Below, one piece after another: positions 48,493 to 56,979 of a DNA stretch of 64,000 nucleotides. Numbering within the stretch: the stretch's first letter is position 1; each line of letters opens with the position of its first letter. A program made the translations under genes and the position numbers. Source of the DNA: an uncultured Gemmatimonadaceae bacterium (GTDB taxonomy: Bacteria > Gemmatimonadota > Gemmatimonadetes > Gemmatimonadales > Gemmatimonadaceae); contig CAWAGQ010000009.1 in assembly GCA_963781585.1 (NCBI GenBank), forward strand, positions 64,001 to 128,000. Direction: 5' to 3'. The notes beneath the pieces were generated by a model. The model made no database searches and had not been told where the DNA came from. It saw only the letters and a program-made list of their open reading frames with translations.

Positions 48493-48557
48493 CTGCGACC
48501 GCGACGCTACCATTCGGGTCCACACCGCCGCTGTGCATCTGTCTCGCTGACATGCGC

Positions 48558-48628
48558 GAAATTCGAGTCCGACCCCAACTACCACTGATTACCGAACTTC
48601 TCATTCCCGCGAGATTCGAGTCTGACCC
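48558..48628. repeat. Two direct ATTCGAGTC(C/T)GACCC REP-like units
   Basis: Units at 48561-48576 and 48614-48628. Confidence 0.75.
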
Positions 48629-48653
48629 TCGTTTTCCGCCTCATTCTCCGAGC

Positions 48654-50162
48654 GTGAACTGCCGTTCCCGATCGATCGCCGCCCTCGCAGCCATCCTGCT
48701 CCCGGCCGTCAGCCTGGCCCAGAACGGATCGACCTCCAGCGGCGTGGACGCGGTCACAGCGGCGCTGATCCGGCACCACATCGAGGTCATCGCCGACGAC
48801 TCGATGCTCGGCCGCGACACTCCGAGTCGCGGACTCGATCTGACCGCGCGGTACGTTGCCGCCAACTTCCGGCGACTCGGCCTGAAGCCGGGCGGGGACA
48901 GCGGGACGTATCTCCAGCGCTACCGCATCTCGCCGCACAAGATCGACGTCACGCATTCCGCCGCGGTGTTTCGCGCGGGAGACGTGACCGCCACGGCGTC
49001 CTTCGCGCGCAACGCGCGGTATCTCGCCGGTCCTCGCCATGGACACCCGATCACCGGTCCGGCGGTTCTGCTGGCCGGTGCGCTCGACTCCGCGTTCATT
49101 GCCTCGACGGACCTCACGGGACGCGTCGTCCTCTTTGTGGCCGAGGTCGGCGTGCGAGCGTCGAAGACGAACGCCCTCTACGCGGCGATCGTCGCGCGGC
49201 GCCCGCGGGCCGTTGCCGTTGTCACCGATCGCAGCCCCGCGGCGTTCGCGTCGCTCGTCGCCAGCCAGGCCGGCGGCAACCCCGACGTCGATCTCGACGG
49301 GGACGACGCCCCCGTGGGCTTCGAGGCGCACCAGCGCGCGCTCGCCGGGGTCTTCGCCGCGCTGGGTTTGGACCCCGACGCGCTCCGCGCGTCCGAACGG
49401 CCGGTGCACCAGCCGCTCACCGATCTCACTGTGACGGTGACCCTCTCGGACGTGCCCGGCAGCGACGCCTTCGCGCCTAACGCGGTCGGCATCATTCCCG
49501 GCACCGATCCGGCGCTGCGCAACGAGTACCTCGTCTTCTCGGCGCACATGGATCACCTGGGGACGCATCCGTCGTCCACCAGGGACAGCGTCTTCAACGG
49601 CGCCGACGACGACGCCTCGGGGACGAGCGCGGTGATGGCGCTGGCCGAGGCATTCGCGCGAATGCCCACCAGGCGATCGATCATCTTCCTCACCGTGAGC
49701 GGCGAGGAGAAAGGGCTCTGGGGAAGCCAGTGGTTCACCGCCCACCCGCCGGTGCCCATCGACCGGATCGTCGCCGACCTCAACCTCGACATGATCGGCC
49801 GCAACTGGAAGGACACGATCGCGGTGATCGGCCGCGAGCAGTCCGACCTCGGGGCGACGCTCGCGAGGGTGAACGCGGCGCATCCGGAGCTTGACATGCA
49901 CGCGATCGACGACATCTGGCCGCAGGAGAACTTCTACTACCGGTCGGATCACTACAATTTCGCGCGGCGGGGTGTGCCGATTCTGTTCTTCTTCAACGGC
50001 ACACACGCCGACTATCACCAGCCGAGCGACTCACCGGACAAGATCGACGCGGAGAAGGAGTCGCGTATCGTGAAGCTCGTGTACTACCTGGGGCAGGCGG
50101 TGGGGAACGCGGACGACCGGCCGAAGTGGGATGAAAGGGCGTACCGGCTGATCGTGAAGTAG
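48654..50162 (+). CDS. M28 family aminopeptidase with a PA-like insert
   Basis: GRDTPSRG, SAHMDHLG, NGADDDASG, GEEKGLWGS, NLDMIGR, RSDHYNF and DYHQPSD motifs; GTG start followed by a signal peptide. Confidence 0.92.
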   Translation: MNCRSRSIAALAAILLPAVSLAQNGSTSSGVDAVTAALIRHHIEVIADDSMLGRDTPSRGLDLTARYVAANFRRLGLKPGGDSGTYLQRYRISPHKIDVTHSAAVFRAGDVTATASFARNARYLAGPRHGHPITGPAVLLAGALDSAFIASTDLTGRVVLFVAEVGVRASKTNALYAAIVARRPRAVAVVTDRSPAAFASLVASQAGGNPDVDLDGDDAPVGFEAHQRALAGVFAALGLDPDALRASERPVHQPLTDLTVTVTLSDVPGSDAFAPNAVGIIPGTDPALRNEYLVFSAHMDHLGTHPSSTRDSVFNGADDDASGTSAVMALAEAFARMPTRRSIIFLTVSGEEKGLWGSQWFTAHPPVPIDRIVADLNLDMIGRNWKDTIAVIGREQSDLGATLARVNAAHPELDMHAIDDIWPQENFYYRSDHYNFARRGVPILFFFNGTHADYHQPSDSPDKIDAEKESRIVKLVYYLGQAVGNADDRPKWDERAYRLIVK

Positions 50163-50203
50163 GCCAGGGGCAAACCGGGACGAAGCTCCCGCCTGTGAAC
50201 TGT

Positions 50204-50851
50204 CTATCGCATTGACGCCGGCAGCCGCCGAAGCAGCGCCCCGACCGCTTCGATCTCGTCGCCGTTCACGGTGTGGCCCATTCCAGGATAGATCCTCGTG
50301 TCGACCACGGCGCCCAGCCGCGTCAGCACCTCATCCGTCTCATGCAGGCGGTCGAGCGGGATGTGCGAGTCCACGTCGCTGCACCCGAGGAAGACCGGCG
50401 TGCCGTCGAGCGATCCCGGATAATCGCGCGGCGTGCCGTCGGGGCCGATGAGACCTCCGCTCAGTCCGATGATGGCCCCGTAGCGCCGCGCGTGTCGCGC
50501 CGCGTATTCCAGCGTGAGGCATGCGCCCTGGGAGAAACCGAGCAGGGCGGCGCGCTCGAGTGGAATGCCGGCCCCCGTGATGACCTCCAGCGCGTCGTGA
50601 ATCGCCTGGATGCCTGACGAGATCCCGGGCTCGTTGGACTCGATAGGCGCCATGAAGCGATTCGGGTACCACTGATTGCCGCCGGCCTGCGGCGCCAGAT
50701 AGGCGATGCCGGGGACGTCGAAGACGCGCGTGAGCTCGAGGATCTTCTCCGCCGTGTCGCCGCGGCCGTGGACGAGGATGAGCGCGGCCCGCGCCCGATC
50801 GGGGGGCGGACCGGCGTACGCGAGCGGCTGGTTCTGGTGGGGTGGATGCAA
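50204..50851 (-). CDS. Phospholipase/carboxylesterase (alpha/beta hydrolase)
   Basis: HGRG, WYP.RF, GFSQG nucleophile elbow, D.HIP and GMGH motifs. Confidence 0.9.
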   Translation of the reverse strand: MHPPHQNQPLAYAGPPPDRARAALILVHGRGDTAEKILELTRVFDVPGIAYLAPQAGGNQWYPNRFMAPIESNEPGISSGIQAIHDALEVITGAGIPLERAALLGFSQGACLTLEYAARHARRYGAIIGLSGGLIGPDGTPRDYPGSLDGTPVFLGCSDVDSHIPLDRLHETDEVLTRLGAVVDTRIYPGMGHTVNGDEIEAVGALLRRLPASMR

Positions 50852-50893
50852 AGGTCAGAGGCTATAGGCCAGAGGCCATGGGGCATAGGCTAC
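50852..50893. repeat. Six-unit AGGCCA(T/G)-type 7-nt array; reverse-oriented remnant at 51392-51412
   Basis: AGGTCAG AGGCTAT AGGCCAG AGGCCAT GGGGCAT AGGCTAC; GGCCTTT GGCCTAT GATCTTT after the cupin gene. Confidence 0.75.
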
Positions 50894-51004
50894 TGCTTGA
50901 CACTGGATTGGGAAGGCTTCCGCCCGCGTCTGGCTGCCGCGTGCTGCGCGGGTTATCGTCGGGAACCGATAACGCGCACCTTCACCTGTTCCGGAGTTCC
51001 GCTC

Positions 51005-51391
51005 ATGGCGACGCAACAGGGCGTCACGTTCTATCGCTGGAAGGAGGTCCCGCTGGAAACGGTGACGCCGATGCTGGATCGCAAGCTCATCACCGGCGAT
51101 CGGATGATGATCGCGCAGGTCTTCCTCAAGAAGGGCTGCATCGTGCCGAAGCATTCGCACGAGAACGAGCAGCTCACCTACATCATCGACGGCGCGCTGC
51201 GGTTCTGGATCGGCGACGACGGGAGCGAGGTGATGGACGTGCATGCGGGGGAGGTCCTGCACATCCCGTCACACGTGCCGCACAAAGCCGAGGCGCTGGT
51301 GGATACGCTCGACGTGGACGTGTTCAGTCCGCCGCGTGCGGACTGGCTGAACAAGACCGACGACTATCTGCGGGGAGGGGCGAAGAAGTAG
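51005..51391 (+). CDS. Cupin domain protein
   Basis: PKHSHENEQ, IPSHVPH and DVFSPPR.DWL motifs. Confidence 0.9.
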   Translation: MATQQGVTFYRWKEVPLETVTPMLDRKLITGDRMMIAQVFLKKGCIVPKHSHENEQLTYIIDGALRFWIGDDGSEVMDVHAGEVLHIPSHVPHKAEALVDTLDVDVFSPPRADWLNKTDDYLRGGAKK

Positions 51392-51401
51392 GGCCTTTGG
51401 C

Positions 51402-51710
51402 CTATGATCTTTCTCTAAGCCGGTGTCTCGCTGCCGCGGTCACCCCCACCAGCACTCCCATCACGATGAACCAGATCGCCATTCGCGTCTGCGCCACGTG
51501 GAGGTCCGTTCGAGATACGTAAGTGACTCCGTTCGGCGTGTGGTACGTCCCGCTGGCCAGCGCGCTCAGTGCGTGCCGCGCGAAGAAGAACAGGACCACC
51601 CCGAACGCGACGAGGATGAGGGCGGCGGCATCCCAGAAGCGGTCCGACGCGCGCACTCGGCGCGTTCCGGTGCGCGGCTCGATGGCGTTGAATGGGGAGG
51701 GCTCGGTCAT
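51402..51710 (-). CDS. Small hypothetical membrane protein (2 TM)
   Basis: Two hydrophobic helices; codon usage looks coding. Confidence 0.6.
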   Translation of the reverse strand: MTEPSPFNAIEPRTGTRRVRASDRFWDAAALILVAFGVVLFFFARHALSALASGTYHTPNGVTYVSRTDLHVAQTRMAIWFIVMGVLVGVTAAARHRLRERS

Positions 51711-51948
51711 CCGGTGAGGGTTGCTGGTCTTTCGAGGACGGCCGGCCAAGCCGTCGCGTTTCGATCCGGCACGCTGAGCGGGTCGGCCCGTCCCCCCTCA
51801 GGCCGGTGGTAGCGCCGCGGACAAGGTCGCGAGACGCCGATGTGACATCGCCGCACGAAATTGGACGCGTTGTGCCGCGCCTCACATCCCGCCGGCGACG
51901 TGCGCCCCGCAGGGTTGCCGCCGGCGCCGCCGGATCGTCTTTATCCGG

Positions 51949-53055
51949 ATGTTTCCCGCCCTCTTCCGCCGCCCGCAAGTGGCCCGCGCGCTTGCATTTG
52001 TCGCCCTTCCCCTGGGTGCGATTCCGCTCGTCGGCATAGCCGTCGCGGGGCCGCTCCGCGCGGCGTTCGGCACGCCCGCGCATATCGAGGCGCCACACGC
52101 CGTGCTCGTGAACGTACCGGGCCACGGCACCGCCTCGGCGAACCTCTCCCTCGACTCGCTCGCCGGTCGGAGCGGCAATGTCCGCGTCCGGCTGCTCACG
52201 CGCGACGAGGTGGACTTCTATCCCGGGCTGACCGACCGCCTCGGCGAAGCGGTGCGCACGCCGGGGATCCGCACGGTCCCCTTCCGCACCGACGGGAGTC
52301 AGTTCGCGTTCATCACGCTCACGCCGTGGCATGACAAGCGGGGCACTTTCATCAATACGTACCACGTGGGGTGGTGGCCGGGCGAACGGCAGCTGATGCC
52401 CGCCAACTACGACAACCCCGCCGGATTCATCGAGGTCCGGCCTAACGACGTGGACCTGCGGATCTCCACCCACTTCACGCTCCGCGACTTCATCACTCAC
52501 GACCAGGACAACGTCTGGCCGAAGTACGTGGTGCTCCGCGAAGACCTGCTCGACAAGCTCGAGCTGGTGCTGGCCACGCTGGAAGCGCAAGGCGTCCAGA
52601 CGCGGCACGTGGTCGTGCTCTCGGGATTCCGGTCGCCGCAGTACAACGCGCGCGCGGTGATCGAGGGGGCGGCCTACGCGAGCCGGCACCAGTACGGCGA
52701 TGCCGCCGACGTGATCATCGACGCCGACGGCGACGGCCGGATGGACGACCTCAATCACGACGGCATCGTGAACTTCCGCGATACCGACGTGATCAATCGC
52801 GCGGTCGAGCGCGTGGAGCGCGCCTATCCGGACCTGGTGGGCGGGCTCGGCCTCTATCAGGCGACGGGCCCGCGCGGTCCATTCGCCCACATCGACGTGC
52901 GCGGCACCCGCGCCCGGTGGACGAACAGCGCGGCGGTAGCGCGCGCGCCGAGCGACCAGTGGAACTTCAACTCGGGCTACAATGCCCAGAGCCCGGCCGT
53001 AGGCAAGTGCAAGGCCGAGGGCGCGTTCGCCGCGCTCTGTTCGTCGAATCGTTAG
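51949..53055 (+). CDS. Peptidase M15A (D-Ala-D-Ala carboxypeptidase-like) metallohydrolase
   Basis: HFTLRDF, SGFRSPQYN, SRHQYGDAAD and FAHIDVRG motifs. Confidence 0.88.
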   Translation: MFPALFRRPQVARALAFVALPLGAIPLVGIAVAGPLRAAFGTPAHIEAPHAVLVNVPGHGTASANLSLDSLAGRSGNVRVRLLTRDEVDFYPGLTDRLGEAVRTPGIRTVPFRTDGSQFAFITLTPWHDKRGTFINTYHVGWWPGERQLMPANYDNPAGFIEVRPNDVDLRISTHFTLRDFITHDQDNVWPKYVVLREDLLDKLELVLATLEAQGVQTRHVVVLSGFRSPQYNARAVIEGAAYASRHQYGDAADVIIDADGDGRMDDLNHDGIVNFRDTDVINRAVERVERAYPDLVGGLGLYQATGPRGPFAHIDVRGTRARWTNSAAVARAPSDQWNFNSGYNAQSPAVGKCKAEGAFAALCSSNR

Positions 53056-53281
53056 GCACCCACACAAAACCCAGGCCTCACCGCCCCCGGGGTGACCTCC
53101 CCGGCGCGAGCTTTCGCCCGAGAGACGCGGGCGCGGGCATGCAGCGGAGCCAGCGGTCGCAGCCGGTCGCCATCGCCTCGCATCCGAAGGCGGCCGGGCC
53201 GTCCGTCGTCCGGCCGCGGCCGTCTTGTGACTCCGCGCGGGCGCGGTACATTGGCGGCACACGCTGCCTGTACGAGGCCCC

Positions 53282-53971
53282 ATGTCGCAGCTGTCACGGC
53301 GGTCGTTCGTGGGATGGCTCGGCGGCCTCGCCGCCGCATTCGGGCTCCGCGCCCGGTCGCCCGGCGGGGTCCTGACCGACAATGCGCTCGGCGTCCATCG
53401 TGACGACAGCGATGAGCCTCGCGAGCAGGGAGCCGGGCTCGACATAGCCACGCTCACCCGGATCGGCGAGGTCGTCCTCCCTTCCGAGCTCGGCGCGGCC
53501 GGCGTCGCTCGCGTGTGCCGCGCATTCTCGTCGTGGATCGCCCAGTACCGTCCCGGAGCGGAGCTGGTACATCCATATGGTAGTGCCGAGCTGCGGTTCG
53601 CCGGCCCGTCACCACTCCCGAGGTGGCGCGAGCAGATGGCGGCGCTCGATGCCGCTGGGCGAGAGGCTCACGGTCGCGCCTTCACGGCGCTCGCGAGAGA
53701 CGAACGCGAAGCGCTGCTGCGGACGGCACTCGCGAACGAACGGATCGATCGCATGCCCTCGCCGCTGGGCGCCAACCACGTGGCGCTTGCGCTGGTGTCG
53801 TATTACTTCGACTCGGCGGAGGCAACCGACCTCTGCTATCGCGCCCAGATCGGACAGAACCAGTGCCGGCCCCTGGCGTTCTCCCCGCGCGAGCCGCTCC
53901 CTCTCGCCAACGGCGGCCGGGCGCCGGGCTTCAGTCGGGCCGGTGGAATCGATGAGGGCGCCGGATCGTGA
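53282..53971 (+). CDS. Tat-exported partner of a GMC oxidoreductase (gluconate 2-dehydrogenase subunit 3-like)
   Basis: SRRSFVG Tat motif; FTAL...REALL; GTGA-coupled to the GMC gene. Confidence 0.65.
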   Translation: MSQLSRRSFVGWLGGLAAAFGLRARSPGGVLTDNALGVHRDDSDEPREQGAGLDIATLTRIGEVVLPSELGAAGVARVCRAFSSWIAQYRPGAELVHPYGSAELRFAGPSPLPRWREQMAALDAAGREAHGRAFTALARDEREALLRTALANERIDRMPSPLGANHVALALVSYYFDSAEATDLCYRAQIGQNQCRPLAFSPREPLPLANGGRAPGFSRAGGIDEGAGS

Positions 53972-55571
53972 CCGCTCGCGTGATCGAGACTGACGTCTGC
54001 ATCGTCGGCTCCGGAATCACTGCTGCCATGGTGGCCGAGAAACTCGCCGACGAGCGGAATGCCCATATTCTGGTCGTCGAGGCCGGGTGACGAGATGCCG
54101 CCGCTGGCGGAGTGGTACAAGCTGCGCGAGCGGTCACTCGAGTACGGCGAGAGCCCGTGGCCGCACGATCACATCGACGACATGCAGGCCGAGGGGCCCC
54201 TGCAGTCGCGATCGATGTGCGTGGGCGGCCTGGCCATGCACTGGGGCGGCGTGACCCCGCGGTTCAGTCCCGAGGATTTCAAGACCCAGTCGTTATGCGG
54301 CGTTGGCGCCGACTGGCCGATCAGCTACGACGACCTCGAGCCCCACTATCACGAGGCCGAAGTGCGTCTGGGCGTGGCCGGTGAGGCGGGTCCCGCGGAC
54401 ATCGATCCGCGACGCGATCCGTTCCCGATGCCGATGCTGCCGCTCACGTACAACCTCGAGAAGCTCAAGGGGTGGGCGGCGTCGGCGGGCATTCCGATGT
54501 GGAGCCAGCCGTCGGCGAAGAACTCGGTGCCCTATCGGGGACGGAGCCCCTGTTGCCGGAACGACACCTGCACGCCGATCTGTCCGGTGGGGGCGAAGTA
54601 TTCGCCGGACGCCACGTGGCGAGCCCTCCGGTCGTCGGGGCGTGTGACGCTCATGACGCGCACACTCGTGAGGCGCCTGACGCCGGCCGTCCGGCAGCGA
54701 CCGGATCGAATCGGCGCAGGCCGTGCAGCGCGACCGGCCGGCCGAGCCGCTGGAGATCAGGGCGAAGACGTTTGTGGTGGCCGGCGGATATGTCTGGAGC
54801 TCCCACTTGCTGCTGCTGTCGACCAGCTCCCGGTTCCCCGATGGCCTCGCCAATCGCTCGGGGCTGGTCGGGAAGTATCTCACCGGCCACCGCAACGTGC
54901 AGGGGTACATCGCGCTCCCGATGAAGCTGTATCCGGGGATCAACGGGCAGCACTCGCTGGTGACCAGGCATTTCATGCGGAAACCGCGATACGACCGATA
55001 TCTCCGGCACGACCTGCGGGTGTGGGAGTCGTCATCGGGGCGCGAGGCGCGTCTTCGCGACGACACCGGCGCGCTGATGCTCGGCGACGCGATCCTCACC
55101 GATTGGCGCGAACGGACGCGCACGGGCGTGGCGCGCGTGCGCTGCTACTACGACGTGATCCCGGCGCGCGAGAGCGAGCTCACGCTGGATGCCGGGAAGA
55201 AGAATGCATGGGGCGATCCGCTTCCGAAGCTCTCGTGGCAGGATTCGGAGACGTCGCGCGACCTCAGGGCCTGGAGCGAGGAGCAGGTCCGGGCGCTCTT
55301 CGCGACGATGGCGCGCGCCGGAAACGGGCAGGTGCTGCGGACGGCGAGCGACCGGTTCCAGGATCATCCGGCGGGCGGGTGCCGGATGGGGGACGACGCG
55401 GCAACCAGTGTGGTGGATTCACACGGCCGGAGCCACGATCATGAGAATCTGTTCGTGGTAGGGGCGCCGACGTCGGTGAGCGGAAGCTGCGCGAACGCGA
55501 CGTTGACGTTCTGCGCGCTGTCGCTCCGCGCGGCGGGCGAGGTGGGGCGGGGGTACGGGGCCAAGGGATAG
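53968..55571 (+). pseudogene. GMC family oxidoreductase interrupted by two +1 frameshifts (about 54087 and 54685); pseudogene or assembly error
   Basis: First frame: DVCIVGSG..ILVVEAG then TGA at 54088. Second frame: VGGLAMHWGG, DWPISYDDLEPHY, C..C..ICPVGAKY. Third frame: GLANRSGLVGKYL, HPAGGCRMG, SVVD..GRSHDHENLFV, NATLT. Confidence 0.88.
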
Positions 55572-55580
55572 GCATAGGAA

Positions 55581-55671
55581 AGGCCAAAGGCCATAGGCCA
55601 AAGGCCAAAGGCCAAAGGCCAAAGGCCAAAGGCCAAAGGCCAAAGGCCAAAGGCCAAAGGCCAAAGGCCAA
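55581..55671. repeat. Near-perfect (AGGCCAA)13 tandem repeat
   Basis: 13 units counted, one AGGCCAT variant. Confidence 0.97.
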
Positions 55672-55722
55672 AGTCAGATGAATCACCGTTAACCATTGTC
55701 AACTGCCAACCGGCTCCTCACC

Positions 55723-56979
55723 ATGTTCATTCTCCCTGTCTGTCGCGCCGCTGCGGTGATGCTTGGCGCCGTCCTGATCGCGGCACCGACCGCGGCCCAA
55801 TCGCCCACCATTGCCCTCACTGCCGCCCGGGTCGTCGATGGGGCCGGACACGTCATCCCGAACGGCGTGGTGCTCGTCACGGGCGACCGCATAACGAGCG
55901 TGGGGCCGCGTGCCAGGCAGAGCGGCACGGTGTACGACCTCGGCGACGCCACGATCATGCCCGGCCTGATCGACACCCACGACCACATCGTCTGGTACTT
56001 CAATGCCAAGGGGCGGTACCACACCGGCGATGACGGCGAGACTCCTGTTCAGGGAATGCTCGCCGCCGCGGGCAATGCGTGGGTCACGCTCATGGGCGGC
56101 GTCACCACGCTCCAGAGCCCCGGCGCCGCGCAGGACAAGGATCTTCGCGACGCGATCGCACGTGGCGAGATCCCCGGTCCCCGCATCCTCACGTCGCTCG
56201 GCTCGCTCAGCGAGCGGAGCGGGACGCCGGACCAGCTCCGCGAACGCATCCGCCAGTTCAAGGAGCGCGGGGCGGACTTCATCAAGCTGTTCGCGTCCAA
56301 GAGCATCCGGGACGGCGGCGACCAGACGATGACCGACGAACAGCTCCAGGCCGCCTGCGGCGAGGCCAAGTCGTTAGGACTGCGGACGCTCGTTCACGCC
56401 CACGCGGCGGCGGCGGTGAAGGCGGCGGTGCTTGCCGGGTGCACGTCGATCGAGCACGGCGTGTTCGTCACCCCCGAGGTGCTCCAGCTCATGGCGCAGC
56501 GCGGCACGTACTTCGACCCGCAGTGCGGGCTCGTCTTCCGGAACTACCTCGACAACCGCGCCAAGTACGAGGGCATCGGCAACTATAATGAAGAGGGCTT
56601 CGCGTACATGGAGAAGGCGATCCCCCTCGCCACCGAGGCGATCAGGAAGGCGCTCGCCATACCAGGCCTCAAGGTCATCTTCGGGACCGATGCCGTGGCC
56701 GGAGCGCATGGACGTAACGTGGAGGACCTCATCTGCCGCGTGAACGAGGCCGGACAGAAGCCGCTCGACGCGATCACGTCCGCCACCGGGCTCGCCGCCC
56801 AGTCGATGCAGCTCTCCGATTCACTCGGCACGCTGGCACCCAACAAGATTGCCGACATCATCGCGGTGGCTGGGAATCCGCTGGCCGATTTCACGGCGAT
56901 GCGCCACGTGATGTTCGTGATGAAGGGCGGGATCATCTACAAGAACGTGAAGGCCGCGGACGCGATGGGCGGGCGATGA
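55723..56979 (+). CDS. Secreted amidohydrolase family protein
   Basis: PGLIDTHDH, FIKLF, VHAH, IEHG, FGTD and ADIIAVAGNPL motifs. Confidence 0.92.
   Translation: MFILPVCRAAAVMLGAVLIAAPTAAQSPTIALTAARVVDGAGHVIPNGVVLVTGDRITSVGPRARQSGTVYDLGDATIMPGLIDTHDHIVWYFNAKGRYHTGDDGETPVQGMLAAAGNAWVTLMGGVTTLQSPGAAQDKDLRDAIARGEIPGPRILTSLGSLSERSGTPDQLRERIRQFKERGADFIKLFASKSIRDGGDQTMTDEQLQAACGEAKSLGLRTLVHAHAAAAVKAAVLAGCTSIEHGVFVTPEVLQLMAQRGTYFDPQCGLVFRNYLDNRAKYEGIGNYNEEGFAYMEKAIPLATEAIRKALAIPGLKVIFGTDAVAGAHGRNVEDLICRVNEAGQKPLDAITSATGLAAQSMQLSDSLGTLAPNKIADIIAVAGNPLADFTAMRHVMFVMKGGIIYKNVKAADAMGGR

Noticed and set aside
54085..54093. Selenocysteine or programmed readthrough at the TGA in the GMC gene
   Set aside because: The downstream homology continues in a different frame, so readthrough would not restore the protein.
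55264..55702. ORFs encoding LAFGLWP repeats
   Set aside because: Translations of the (AGGCCAA)n DNA repeat, not real proteins.
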